DNA of 32,000 nt from Desulfobulbus propionicus DSM 2032. Lineage in GTDB: Bacteria > Desulfobacterota > Desulfobulbia > Desulfobulbales > Desulfobulbaceae. The position numbers and the translations under genes were made by a program. Location of the stretch: positions 180,001 through 212,000 of the forward strand of contig NC_014972.1 in NCBI RefSeq assembly GCF_000186885.1, read 5' to 3'. Positions 9,243-19,212 of this stretch are shown here, in pieces (the first letter of the stretch is position 1; each line of letters starts with the position of its first letter). The notes beneath the pieces were generated by a model that was not told the DNA's origin, made no database searches, and was given only the letters and a program-made list of their open reading frames with translations.

Positions 9243-10129
9243 CAGCTCATCCTCATCGCGCAATAATCACCGTATCCAACCCGATGCACATCCTGGAAAC
9301 AGATGTAGTTGACCCCGGCCACGGTGATGATGTTCTCCGAGGCGTTCTTGTGCCCGGTCACCCTGAACACGCCGTCGACGCTGCCATAGATGGCCGAACG
9401 GCGTAAATCCTTGATGAATATCGGCTCCAACAGGTATTCGTCGCCTGGCGCGGTCAACAGGTTGGCGCGCACCCCTTGATAGGGGCCGTAGATGGTCAAA
9501 TCCGGGCGAGTAATGACGGGGAAGTCAGGTTCAAAATAGGTGGCGTTGATACCGCCGTTCCCATAATTTGCCCGCCCCCATGTCCCGCCGGGCAGATAGA
9601 GGCGCCCGGGGGCCGGACTTGAGCCCGCCCACCATGCGCCTTGCGATGTCGAGGAATACGGGTTGGTCAAGGTGGAGTCGGTGCCGCCGATAAACAAGGG
9701 GTACGGGTATTGCTCGGGGGTTCCGGCAGGGTCGATGAACCCGAGATGCACCGAGGTGTAGACCGATGACACCTTGGCAAAAAGAATGATGCGTTTGGCT
9801 GAGGCGATCATCCAGTAGGGGATTTGCTGATTCCAAAAGGTGCAGAGGGTGGACCAGGTGTCCTTGTTGTTGAGGGGCTGCGCGTCAATGGGGAAGGTCG
9901 ATTTCCACAGGACCGAGCCAAACAGCTCCCAGTTGTAGTAGCCGACGGTTGAATCCTCATAGGCCTTGACGCCCACATAGATTTTATCAAGCCCGGAGGG
10001 GCCGGAGCCCCGCAGGTATACCTCGGTCGCGCTCTGGGTGAGCACGGTCCAACCGTTGGCCGCGGCAAAGGTGGTCAGGATGGCGAGCAGGTCCTTGTAG
10101 TTGGCGGCGGTGCCGTTGGTGTAGGCCAT
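9242..10129 (-). CDS. Tail-associated protein
   Basis: 295 aa, NYKDLLAILTTFAAANGWTVLTQSATEVYLRGSG N-terminus, adjacent to the tape-measure gene. Confidence 0.6.
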   Translation of the reverse strand: MAYTNGTAANYKDLLAILTTFAAANGWTVLTQSATEVYLRGSGPSGLDKIYVGVKAYEDSTVGYYNWELFGSVLWKSTFPIDAQPLNNKDTWSTLCTFWNQQIPYWMIASAKRIILFAKVSSVYTSVHLGFIDPAGTPEQYPYPLFIGGTDSTLTNPYSSTSQGAWWAGSSPAPGRLYLPGGTWGRANYGNGGINATYFEPDFPVITRPDLTIYGPYQGVRANLLTAPGDEYLLEPIFIKDLRRSAIYGSVDGVFRVTGHKNASENIITVAGVNYICFQDVHRVGYGDYCAMRMS

Positions 10130-12748
10130 TTATCCTCCGATCAAGGTGCGGATGGTGGTGCCGTTGCGGCGGATCATGTTGAGGATGGCGGTCTCGCCGT
10201 CGGCGGTGCGCAGGAAATCGCCCACCATGTTGCGGTCGAGCACATTGATCACCCGCAGCCGGGTATCGCCGGACTTGACCGTGGTGGCGGGTGCGGCCGC
10301 GGCTTGCCCGCCGGCGGCCAGCCGGTTGCCGCTGGGGATCCTCGGCAGGGTGGCCCCGGCAAGCGCCCGGGCCAGGTTACGGGGGAACAGTTTGCGCCGG
10401 ACCATCTCCATGAACGGCAGGCCGTAGTAGTCGACCGCGTCCACGGGATGGACGAACTCCCGGGCCGTGAGCCAGGCCGGGATATTGTCGGCGGTCCTGG
10501 AGGGGCTCCAGCCCTGGACCGCGCCACCGCCGGCCAGGGCCTGGACCCAGCCGCCCCGGGCGAACGCCTGCACGGCCTGGCCGCCGGCGGAGAAGCCAAA
10601 ACCCACGGCCCGCAGGGCGTTGAGGATCATGTGTTTCATGATGATCTGCGTGAGCCACGAAATGGTTGACCGGGCGAAATCGATCATGGCCTCCTTGGCG
10701 CTGGCAGTACCCGTGATAAACGAATCCCAGGCCGAGGTCAGCCCGCCGGCGATCTGCTCGCCAATGTTCTCGCCGATGTAGATCATGACCTCGGCATCGG
10801 TCTGCATCTTCTCCCTGGCCTTTTGAAATCCCAGAGAAAGCGCGGCCCCCATGTCGTCGCCGGCGGCAATCAGCTTCTCCCGCATCTCGTCGGCGGTGAT
10901 CACGCCGGCGGCACCGGCGGCACGCACAGCCGCCCTGTACTGCTCAACCGAAGCCTGGCCGCGCCTCCACGCCTGTTCAACCTCGGCCATCCGTTCAGTG
11001 GCCACCTGGGCCAGGTCCTCATGTTCCTGCTTGACCGCGTCGACCTGCATGGCGGCCAGTTCCGACTGAGCGCGGATGATATCGGCCTGGCTGGTGTTGG
11101 AATCGGGCCGTGCGGCATCGACCTTCATGGCCTCGATTTCCTGACGCTTGAGGCTGAGGCGTTCCGCCATGATCTTTTTATCAATCGCCAGTTCCGCCTC
11201 TGCCCGGGCCAGCTTGGTGCCGAGCTTCTCCGCCTCCAGTTTTTCCAGCTCCAGGGCGAGGATCTTCTCCTGGGAGGCGGCCCGCATTTTCTCGGACGCG
11301 ATCTTTCTTTGCTCCTCGTACTCCTTCTTGGCCTCGGTGGCGGCCTTCTTGGCGGCGGCTGCCGCTTCACGCTTGGCTTTCCCCTCCTCCTTGGAGGACT
11401 TTGTGGCAGCCTGCGAGGCAGCGGTCTGGACTCGGAACTGGGCCAGGGCCTCGACATTGGCTGCCTTCCTGGCTTTCTCCTTTTCCTCGAAAGCTACCCG
11501 TTCGAGCATCGCCTGGGTGCGCTGATCCGCCGCCGCCTTGGCCGTGGCATCACGTTGCGCAAGGATGGAGTCAACCGAGGCGTCACGGGCCTGGTTGGCA
11601 ATCTTCAGTTCCCTGTCCAGATCGCTGGCAATCTGCCCGACATCGTAGGTGTCTCCCTGGGTGAACATCGCCGCGATGGTGAGCTTGAACGCCCTGGCCC
11701 GCGCCATCACCTTGTCGAACTCAGCAGCAACGTAGACGGTCACCAGGCCGATGAAGGCACGGACATTCTCCGGGAACCGTTCAAAGGCGTGAATCAACTC
11801 ATCCACAACCTCCTGGCCTTGTTGGCCCAGATCCCCGGTAAAATCGCTCCACCAGCCACCAACAATATCGATGGTCTTTTTGATATCGTCCCCCCAGCCG
11901 GCAAACTGGGTGACAATGGCCCGGAGATAGCCTTCCAGCTGCCCCGAGGCGATCATGGCATTCAGCTCTTCCAGGGCATTGATACCAACTTGCACCCCAT
12001 CGGCGATCATGTTGCCGATTCCTGCCCGGGAGATGTTGAGGAAAACCTTGTTCCACTCATCAGCAAAATTCGACAGCTTGCCGTCGAGTTTTGCCATCCG
12101 GTTGGCCATGGCATCGCCGAAGTTGGTCTCGCCCAGCTTGATCAGATACTCCTCGATCTCCTTGGCGTTCTTGCCCACCGTGGTGGTGACTCCGCGAAAG
12201 GTGAAGCTGACCTTGTCGCCCTCGGAGCTGGCCTTGATGCCGAACTCCTTCAAGCGCTCGAACTCACCGGTGGCGGCATCGGCCACCGCCTCGATCATCT
12301 GGTTGAGATCCTTGCCCATCGATGCCGAAGTGTTGCCATAACTGGTCAAGGCCCGCTCCGATGGATCGAGCCCCATGTTCACCAGCTTGACAAATGCCTC
12401 AGACACCTGCGCCAAGTCGTATGGAGTCTTGGCGGCAAAGTCCTGGATGGCGGCAAAGGCAACCTCCGACTTCTCGGCGCTGCCGGTGGCTGTGATCAGG
12501 CCGGAGCTGATCTTGTCGAACTCGCGGGAGACAGTGACCAGCTTCTGCAGGCCAGCGGCGGCGGAGACCGTGGCGCCCAGGGCACGGAGCAGACCGCTCA
12601 CCGAGGACGTCAGGCCGTTGATGCCGGCATCGGCGCCCTTTGCTCCTGAGACAAAGGATTTGATCGCTCCCAGGGCACGATTGAACCCAGCCGTCAGCCC
12701 ACGGTCGACCGCGCTGAGGACGATCTCTATTCTAGACTGGTTCGCCAT
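10130..12748 (-). CDS. Tail tape measure protein
   Basis: 872 aa, coiled-coil rich, Ala/Lys/Glu-rich centre, hydrophobic segments, INALEELNAMI-type tape-measure motifs; follows the tail chaperone. Confidence 0.85.
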   Translation of the reverse strand: MANQSRIEIVLSAVDRGLTAGFNRALGAIKSFVSGAKGADAGINGLTSSVSGLLRALGATVSAAAGLQKLVTVSREFDKISSGLITATGSAEKSEVAFAAIQDFAAKTPYDLAQVSEAFVKLVNMGLDPSERALTSYGNTSASMGKDLNQMIEAVADAATGEFERLKEFGIKASSEGDKVSFTFRGVTTTVGKNAKEIEEYLIKLGETNFGDAMANRMAKLDGKLSNFADEWNKVFLNISRAGIGNMIADGVQVGINALEELNAMIASGQLEGYLRAIVTQFAGWGDDIKKTIDIVGGWWSDFTGDLGQQGQEVVDELIHAFERFPENVRAFIGLVTVYVAAEFDKVMARARAFKLTIAAMFTQGDTYDVGQIASDLDRELKIANQARDASVDSILAQRDATAKAAADQRTQAMLERVAFEEKEKARKAANVEALAQFRVQTAASQAATKSSKEEGKAKREAAAAAKKAATEAKKEYEEQRKIASEKMRAASQEKILALELEKLEAEKLGTKLARAEAELAIDKKIMAERLSLKRQEIEAMKVDAARPDSNTSQADIIRAQSELAAMQVDAVKQEHEDLAQVATERMAEVEQAWRRGQASVEQYRAAVRAAGAAGVITADEMREKLIAAGDDMGAALSLGFQKAREKMQTDAEVMIYIGENIGEQIAGGLTSAWDSFITGTASAKEAMIDFARSTISWLTQIIMKHMILNALRAVGFGFSAGGQAVQAFARGGWVQALAGGGAVQGWSPSRTADNIPAWLTAREFVHPVDAVDYYGLPFMEMVRRKLFPRNLARALAGATLPRIPSGNRLAAGGQAAAAPATTVKSGDTRLRVINVLDRNMVGDFLRTADGETAILNMIRRNGTTIRTLIGG

Positions 12749-12777
12749 CTACTTGCCTGTCAGTGCCGCCAATGCTC

Positions 12778-13209
12778 TCAGGAAGAAGCCGTAGCCGTAG
12801 TCCCAGACAAGGGGACCGTGGCCGGCGGTAATGAGGAGGCAAATTGCTCGGTCGAAATCTGCCCTATCCTGGACATTGCCTCGCGGAGTTCTCCCTCCAG
12901 AACCGGCTTCAGGCCGTCGATCAGGATATCGATCAGGCCGATCCGCCGGACCACTCCCAAAAAAGCGGCGTTGACCTCCTCAAAGCCTTGCCACAACTCC
13001 TCAATCTCCGAGGGATAGAGGTCGAGCAGGGCCTCGGCGGACAATTCCGGGCATGCCATGGCCAGCAGCCCCTGGCACCGGTTGAGTGCAGTTGCGGATA
13101 TCTGCGCATCCTCGCCGTTGATCAGCTCCCAGATGGCTCGGGTCGGCAATTCCTTCAGAGTGAACGACCGCTGGCCGATCTGGATGGTTTTCGTTTTTTG
13201 CATGTTCAA
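12778..13209 (-). CDS. Tail assembly chaperone (G-like)
   Basis: 143-aa acidic ORF between tail tube and tape measure. Confidence 0.65.
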   Translation of the reverse strand: MNMQKTKTIQIGQRSFTLKELPTRAIWELINGEDAQISATALNRCQGLLAMACPELSAEALLDLYPSEIEELWQGFEEVNAAFLGVVRRIGLIDILIDGLKPVLEGELREAMSRIGQISTEQFASSLPPATVPLSGTTATASS

Positions 13210-13238
13210 TCCTCTATAAAGACCGATTCAACGGCTGA

Positions 13239-13973
13239 TTATTCGACCTGGAACGGCCAGCTCTTGCCGGTGGGCGTGATCAGCGTGCCGGTGAACGTCA
13301 CCTCCGGAAAGTCCTCGCCCATGAAGTCGAAATCGGTCTCGCTCCGGAGCTGGGCCTGCCAGACGGTCACCAGGACGTTGCCGCCCGTGGCCAGGTTCTT
13401 GCCATCCAGGCGCAGAGCGACATTGACCACCGACTGGGTACCGGCGGTGATCTTCGCTCCCGTCTTCGCCAGGGTATCGCCGCTGACATGCAGGGTGTCG
13501 CCGTCCAGGTCCGTGGTCAGCGCCTTGATCATGCCGGTCCGCTTGTTGACCTCATAATCGGTGCCCGCGACATAGGTGGTGGTATCGGTGGCATCCTTGA
13601 CCACGCAGGTGTCCAGCCCCGTGTATCCAGTCTCCACCCACCGATCCTTGATTGCCGTGATGCTTGCGGTATATGGCCCGGCAGCGGCTGTCATATCGAC
13701 CGCGCTCCCCATGAATGCGGCCGCCAGAATCTGCGGATCGTAGCGGTTGAAGGTCATGCTCAGCGAACTGCCGGTGATTCGCGTGAACGACTCGGCCGTC
13801 TGGCCGAAGGTGTCGCGGCCGTTGAGCTTGTTTTCCTTGGTTTCGGTCTCGACCTTGGGCGCGAACTTTTTACAGTTTCCAGCGAGCTGAAAACCGGTCG
13901 AGTTCCCGTTACTGTCGAGAAAATCCATGTAGAGGTCGCCGGCGGCGATCAATCCCACAGGTGCGTTGTTCAT
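13239..13973 (-). CDS. Major tail tube protein
   Basis: 244 aa with GFQLAGNCKKFAPKVETETKENKLNGRDTFGQTAESF and C-terminal VTFTGTLITPTGKSWPFQVE. Confidence 0.75.
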   Translation of the reverse strand: MNNAPVGLIAAGDLYMDFLDSNGNSTGFQLAGNCKKFAPKVETETKENKLNGRDTFGQTAESFTRITGSSLSMTFNRYDPQILAAAFMGSAVDMTAAAGPYTASITAIKDRWVETGYTGLDTCVVKDATDTTTYVAGTDYEVNKRTGMIKALTTDLDGDTLHVSGDTLAKTGAKITAGTQSVVNVALRLDGKNLATGGNVLVTVWQAQLRSETDFDFMGEDFPEVTFTGTLITPTGKSWPFQVE

Positions 13974-14001
13974 TGTGTCTCTCCCGGCCGGATGGCCTTG
14001 G

Positions 14002-14424
14002 TCAGGTTAAAGAAAACAGTTCGGGCATGACTCGCACCGACACCTGCAACAGGTAGACAGCCTGCCCAGAATCACCGAACCCACTCAAACCTGGCGAGTC
14101 GAACACGATCATGGGTTGGCTGCCGCGCCCAGGAAGCTGGAGCCCGTGCAGGGTCGAAAATACTTGGTCAACCAGGTTGTATAAGGGACTATCGATGCTG
14201 TTGCCGTCAGCGTCCCGTTCGAGATGGGTTTCTATCTGCACGGCAACCCGCAGGTCGATGCGGGCTTGTGGCGAATTGTCCAGGTTTTCCTTGGGGCATC
14301 CTGGTGCCCATACTTTGGCCAGTGGGTAGACAGGTTTGTCGGCCACCAACCCGCACACCGATCCAAACACCCCGAGGCTGGAGAGCCTGCCCTTGATCGC
14401 GTCTGATATCTCGGCGCGCATCAT
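14002..14424 (-). CDS. Head-tail connector/tail terminator-like protein
   Basis: 140 aa in head-tail joining position. Confidence 0.5.
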   Translation of the reverse strand: MMRAEISDAIKGRLSSLGVFGSVCGLVADKPVYPLAKVWAPGCPKENLDNSPQARIDLRVAVQIETHLERDADGNSIDSPLYNLVDQVFSTLHGLQLPGRGSQPMIVFDSPGLSGFGDSGQAVYLLQVSVRVMPELFSLT

Positions 14425-14720
14425 GGCTGTTCCTCCAGCCGCAACACCACCCCGCCCTGGCCATCGGGATCGATGGCCAGGAGGGTGAAGTCGGTTCCGT
14501 TGATGGTCAGGGTGTCGCCCTGGTCGCCGGCGGCCAAGGCCTCGGTATCAGCCACCGCGGCAATGGCGAACGGTCCGGAGTGGTCGATGGTTTCTCCGTT
14601 GAACTCGGTTGAACCATCCAGAAAAGGATCCACCACGATGGTCTTCGGGCCGCCGTTGATCAGTGCCTCCACGCCGAAATCCTCCAGGAGAAAGCCCAGG
14701 GTCTCGTTGGTATCGATCAT
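14421..14720 (-). CDS. Head-tail joining protein (FII-like/ATP-binding sugar transporter-like)
   Basis: 99 aa with FLEDFG...DPFLDG, typical position after the decoration protein. Confidence 0.5.
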   Translation of the reverse strand: MIDTNETLGFLLEDFGVEALINGGPKTIVVDPFLDGSTEFNGETIDHSGPFAIAAVADTEALAAGDQGDTLTINGTDFTLLAIDPDGQGGVVLRLEEQP

Positions 14721-14723
14721 GGC

Positions 14724-15110
14724 TTACAGGTATTCCAAGGCGACGACGAACTTGCCGGCGGTCAGAGCCGCCGTGGCAATGGTGGCCACCACCTGCCGGC
14801 CGTTTTGCGTGGTCCGGATCGCATTGGCCGCTGTGCCGTCCGGTTCCACATCCAGCAGGGCATTGGTGACCATGCCGGCCATGGCGGTTGCCGCCATGAC
14901 ATCGGCGGCACTTTCCACTTTCAGGGAAACCGTGGCCGAGGCACCGCCTGTGCAGGTTGTCTTGACATGCACCATGCCGCCGGTGACCACCGCCCCCTCG
15001 GGGAGACTGTCACCGCGCAGGGGAATATCGCCGATAGCGCCGCCATCGACGGAAAAGTCATATTCAAAATAGGCCACCCGCTTGGTGGGCTCGAGTCCTC
15101 TTCGCTCCAT
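14724..15110 (-). CDS. Capsid decoration-like protein
   Basis: 128 aa, GAIGDIPLRGDSLPEGAVVTGGMVHV...VATIATAALTAGKFVVALEYL; next to the capsid gene. Confidence 0.6.
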   Translation of the reverse strand: MERRGLEPTKRVAYFEYDFSVDGGAIGDIPLRGDSLPEGAVVTGGMVHVKTTCTGGASATVSLKVESAADVMAATAMAGMVTNALLDVEPDGTAANAIRTTQNGRQVVATIATAALTAGKFVVALEYL

Positions 15111-15171
15111 GGCTGTTCTCCATGCCGGAGCTGGCGGTCCAGCTCCGGTCGGTTATGTTTGAGGGATATTT

Positions 15172-16722
15172 TTACTGACCAGCGTTCTTGACCAGTGCCT
15201 TCCAGTCCACGGCCTTGCCGCAGACATCGATACGGACCTTGTACTCCACGCCATCGGTGGTCCAGCCGGTCTTGGACTCCAACCAGGGCGTGCGATTGCC
15301 GTTGAGGAAGAAGAGGCGCACGGTCTTGCGCTTGGGACCGGCAAAGTAGTAAGCGGTCGGGCTTGCCTCATCGAGCCGGGCATCATAGGCCCGCTGGAAG
15401 CGGGTACCGCCGTAGATGTTGGTCCGGGTGCTGCCCTTGTCGTCCGCGGAGAACTGGTTGGAGGCAAAGAAAATCTCGGCGGAGCCCTCGATGGACTTGG
15501 GGGCGATGAAATACTGCAGGGAGATGTTTAGCGCCTGCTTGGCCTTGAGTCCCTTCTGGAGTCCGGCCAGCTTGATGGCCTCGGCAATGGTGGCCTCGCC
15601 AAGCGCCCCCGGCGTACCCAGGTTCTTGTGGTCGGCGTGAAACAGAGCCTTGCCATCCCGCATGGCCGCGTTGGCGGTCAAAACGCCATAGGCGACATCG
15701 CCGATCTTGCGGCTGGCCGCCTCGCCCATGGACATGTACATATCGGCCATGGCCATGAGGTCATCGTTGATGACCGTGGTACGGGTGATCGCCGCCATCT
15801 TGCCAAAGGTGGCAATCTGGTAGACCTCCTTGGTATCGCTCCGATCACCGTACTTGTAGCCGGAATCGTTCTTGATCTCGTCGAGATCATCGAACTCCGA
15901 CACCATGGCCAAGGTGTTCTGCTTGAAGTCCGGCACCGATCCGGATCCGTCCGCCCAAATCTCCCAGGTCTCGTCCGCCGAGGCATAGCCCTCGAACAGG
16001 GCCTTGTTGGCCACGTTGCTCATCAACACCGACAGGTCGCTTACGGTCATGGCGCGGCCGATCATCTCCATGGGATCGCCACCCGCCGACTGCCCGGCCT
16101 TGCGCAGGCACTCGCGGGCGAGTTCGCGCAGGGAGTAGCCGCGAAAGTCCCGGCCCACGTCATGGGCTCGATCCACCTTCCAGCCACAGCCTTCAAGGGT
16201 GGTCACCAGTCCGCGTTCACCGTCCAGGGGCAAGCCGCAGCGCAGGAACAGGCCGGTGCAGGCGGCGGCGCGGAACTTGTCGCGTTCATCCACCACAATT
16301 TGCGGTCCGGACGGGGCAAACCCCGGATGGTGCGCAACACTCCGTTGGGCCAGTGCGTCCAGGACCATTGAGCGGGCCTGATCAATGGTCACCTCCGGCT
16401 TGAGCATGGCCGTGCGCTGGTCGCCCTCGATGCCATGCCGGTTGCACAGTTCCATGATCTCCAGCGCCCGGGTGAAGCCGTCGTCGGACCGGTTGTTCTC
16501 CGGTGCCGGCGGTGGGGTGGGCTGGGGTGTGACGGGTTGCACCGCCGGAGGCGTTGCAGGGGCAGAGGGTATAGACCGCTGGCCATCGCCACCGATCTGC
16601 TCAGGGCCATCGAACACGACACCACGTGTCTGCATATCTTGGTAAAAATTCCACGCCTCATCCTCGGGGGCGTCGGCGCGGAGACCATTTGCCAACAAAA
16701 ATACTCGTAACTTGGGATTCAT
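15172..16722 (-). CDS. Major capsid protein (Mu gpT-like/protease-associated capsid family)
   Basis: 516 aa, RDFRGYSLRELARECLRKAG, VLMSNVANKALFEGYASADETWEIWADGSGSVPDFKQ, C-terminal YFAGPKRKTVRLFFLNG. Confidence 0.8.
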   Translation of the reverse strand: MNPKLRVFLLANGLRADAPEDEAWNFYQDMQTRGVVFDGPEQIGGDGQRSIPSAPATPPAVQPVTPQPTPPPAPENNRSDDGFTRALEIMELCNRHGIEGDQRTAMLKPEVTIDQARSMVLDALAQRSVAHHPGFAPSGPQIVVDERDKFRAAACTGLFLRCGLPLDGERGLVTTLEGCGWKVDRAHDVGRDFRGYSLRELARECLRKAGQSAGGDPMEMIGRAMTVSDLSVLMSNVANKALFEGYASADETWEIWADGSGSVPDFKQNTLAMVSEFDDLDEIKNDSGYKYGDRSDTKEVYQIATFGKMAAITRTTVINDDLMAMADMYMSMGEAASRKIGDVAYGVLTANAAMRDGKALFHADHKNLGTPGALGEATIAEAIKLAGLQKGLKAKQALNISLQYFIAPKSIEGSAEIFFASNQFSADDKGSTRTNIYGGTRFQRAYDARLDEASPTAYYFAGPKRKTVRLFFLNGNRTPWLESKTGWTTDGVEYKVRIDVCGKAVDWKALVKNAGQ

Positions 16723-16742
16723 CTTTCCTCCCGGTTATGGGC

Positions 16743-17396
16743 TCACGCCCGACTATGCGGCAAACAACCGCTGTTGCGCGCCAAACGGCCAGCCGAACCA
16801 GATCCCCTGGTTGCCTTTGCCAGGCTGTCCGCGCCTATTGGCGTTAAAGTGAATTCCTTCAGCATCCAATCCGTGGACACCTTCAATGGACCGACAAAGG
16901 TCCGGCCGCGAATGACGACTTCAACCTCATCGGGCACCCAAATGGCATTGAGCACCCGGTATCCGGCTGACCCGTCCGTCAAGTGTTGGTCGACCACCTT
17001 TTGGCGGGTGCGCATGGCCTTGTCATCGGCGGCAAACCTGATCAACCCGTCAATGGCCTGATACTGCCCGACCAGGGTTTGCTTGAAATCGGTGACCGAA
17101 CCCAGCTGGTCGTCAACGCTCCAGCGGTTATGGCAATCAAGAAGCGGCACCTGCCGGTTTTCCGGGAACACAACGCCATCCATGAGCAGCACTTCACGGA
17201 CAACCCGATCCAGTTCCCAGTCGTAGACCAGGGCGGGTTGCTCGGTGGCCAGGATCCAGCGGATCGCATCCGGATCCACAGCCGCGCGGCAGGTGATGGC
17301 GCGCACGGTGATCCCATAGGCCACCGGCATGCTGCCCAGATATCCGGATCGTTCAAATGTGCTTTTCATCGGGACTGATCGCTGAGCCTGCATCAT
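16743..17396 (-). CDS. Prohead protease
   Basis: VVFPENRQVPLLDCHNRWSVDDQLGSVTDFKQ and ...TLTPIGAD; upstream of the capsid gene. Confidence 0.75.
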   Translation of the reverse strand: MMQAQRSVPMKSTFERSGYLGSMPVAYGITVRAITCRAAVDPDAIRWILATEQPALVYDWELDRVVREVLLMDGVVFPENRQVPLLDCHNRWSVDDQLGSVTDFKQTLVGQYQAIDGLIRFAADDKAMRTRQKVVDQHLTDGSAGYRVLNAIWVPDEVEVVIRGRTFVGPLKVSTDWMLKEFTLTPIGADSLAKATRGSGSAGRLARNSGCLPHSRA

Positions 17397-18973
17397 TCGT
17401 CCTGTTGTTTTTTGTCGGATTGCGGGTTTCCGGCCACCGCCGCCGGGTTGGTTTGCAGGGCCTTGGAGGTGGTCACCGTCGGCAACTCACGTTTGACCAA
17501 CATATCCATCCACTCCTTGTGCTCGTTGAGTACCGCCTCGGGATCGCGGCCCCGCGCGGCAATGATCTCCTGCGGGCTCCACAGATAATTGTCCTTGAGG
17601 TCGATCTGGCCCCGGCTTTCGCGCAGCAGGTCAAGCGGCTCGACTCCGTTGGGTTGCCAGAGGCATTCCAGCCACGGCCGTGGATTGGCCGCATATCCCG
17701 GCATCCTCACCCTGCCGGAAAGGTGGCAGGCATCCATGAATGCCCGGAAGATTGGTTGGCTAAACTGGCGGATATGGCGGCTCACCATCGGCCGCAGCGA
17801 CTTTTGCCAGTCGTTGCGTACGGTGCGCGTGGTGTTGTAGTTGAGCCCGGTCGCATCACCGCTGATCAGCTCGTAGGGGACGTTCACCGACACTGCCAAC
17901 ATCTGCAGCACGAAGCGGACAAAGGGTGTGAACGAATCCCCAGGCACATCGGTGCTGTTGATGGTGACCTTGTCCCCTGGGCTCATGAAATCGATGATGG
18001 CGTTGTCGAGTACGGTCAACCGGTGGCCGGTTTCCGTATCCTTGGTGGTACGGCCCTTCTGCCAGCGAGCCACATCGGCCGTCTCAACAAAGGCCAGCCA
18101 CTTAGCCGCCATTTTCGCCCGGTCGATATTGGCGCCGAGAAATTCCTGCAGGTCGTCGGCCAGGAGAACCGCCGGAGTGAACGGACTCACCCCACGTAAC
18201 TGTCCGGGACGCAGGGTCTCGAATCCGTGGATCACGCTGGCGGCGGGCACCCGCACCGACCGTTGCTTGCCGGTGAGCTGCGAAAATCCGTCGGGAACGC
18301 GGAAATGGTAGGCAATCACCGCCCCAGTGATCCGGTCGAACTCGACGCCCTGGTCAATCATGGTATTTTCGCCCTTGGTGGCGGCATATTCGCTGGAGAG
18401 CCAGTCCGCCTCATAGCACTGCAGCACCAGGGGGAGAAAACGGCGGGGGTTCTTGTCCCACCCAAGCACGAGGATGGATTCGCCGTCGACTACATCCTGG
18501 CGCTTCCACAGGCGCTCGATTTCGTGGTAGTGGAGCTTGCCGCCGGCATCGCATTCGTCGCACCAGCGGGACCATGCATCCTCGATGGCGGCAATGGCGG
18601 TGGTGTGGAGCTTGGCCTTGCCGGTTTCGGTGGCGCCGCGCGTCACCCGGCTCTGCATGGTGATGCCGGTGCCGATGGTATGGTCGACCAGGACCCTGAC
18701 CGCCCGGGCAAAGTAGGCAAAATCCCCCACCAGCTGCCGGGTGCGGTTGCGGATGGTGGGGTTGCTGGTCCGGATCAGGGTGTTGATGTCCGTTCCCACC
18801 GGAGCCCAGTCGCCCAAGAGGCGCGATTCCTTGGCTGCCGCGAACATCCGCAGACTGAAATTGCGGATACGGGCCTCCATCATCCGGCTTTCCAGGCCGG
18901 GGAACAGCATGCCCACGGTGCGGTCGATCACCCGTTCGACCGTGGCCAGCACCCTTTGTCCGTTCAACCTCAA
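17393..18973 (-). CDS. Portal protein, lambda gpB-like
   Basis: 526 aa, TIGTGITMQSRV, DVVDGESILVLGWDK, HGFETLRPGQLRGVSPFTPAVL, VPYELISGDATGLNYNTTR. Confidence 0.92.
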   Translation of the reverse strand: MRLNGQRVLATVERVIDRTVGMLFPGLESRMMEARIRNFSLRMFAAAKESRLLGDWAPVGTDINTLIRTSNPTIRNRTRQLVGDFAYFARAVRVLVDHTIGTGITMQSRVTRGATETGKAKLHTTAIAAIEDAWSRWCDECDAGGKLHYHEIERLWKRQDVVDGESILVLGWDKNPRRFLPLVLQCYEADWLSSEYAATKGENTMIDQGVEFDRITGAVIAYHFRVPDGFSQLTGKQRSVRVPAASVIHGFETLRPGQLRGVSPFTPAVLLADDLQEFLGANIDRAKMAAKWLAFVETADVARWQKGRTTKDTETGHRLTVLDNAIIDFMSPGDKVTINSTDVPGDSFTPFVRFVLQMLAVSVNVPYELISGDATGLNYNTTRTVRNDWQKSLRPMVSRHIRQFSQPIFRAFMDACHLSGRVRMPGYAANPRPWLECLWQPNGVEPLDLLRESRGQIDLKDNYLWSPQEIIAARGRDPEAVLNEHKEWMDMLVKRELPTVTTSKALQTNPAAVAGNPQSDKKQQDE

Positions 18974-19212
18974 AACCGTCGCCCCGCCTTGGCATAGATT
19001 CTGGTTGGGGTGTCGGCGGATCCTTGCAGCAGGTCACGCTCGCTGATCAGTTCCCGCAGGTAGCTGCGCAAGGTATTCAGATCGACCCGTTGACTCTCCG
19101 AGGCAGTTCCGGATCCGCTGCGGCCGTACTTCTGGCTCTCGAGCGTCCGGTGGATCGACTGGCGCGCCAGGGCGATCTCCGTGGTGTATTCTTCAACCGT
19201 GTCGAAATACAT
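18970..19212 (-). CDS. gpW-like head-tail joining protein
   Basis: 80 aa between TerL and portal, the position of lambda W. Confidence 0.6.
   Translation of the reverse strand: MYFDTVEEYTTEIALARQSIHRTLESQKYGRSGSGTASESQRVDLNTLRSYLRELISERDLLQGSADTPTRIYAKAGRRF

Noticed and set aside
8487-10129. Diversity-generating retroelement target in the tail proteins
   Set aside because: No reverse transcriptase or template repeat was recognised in the window.
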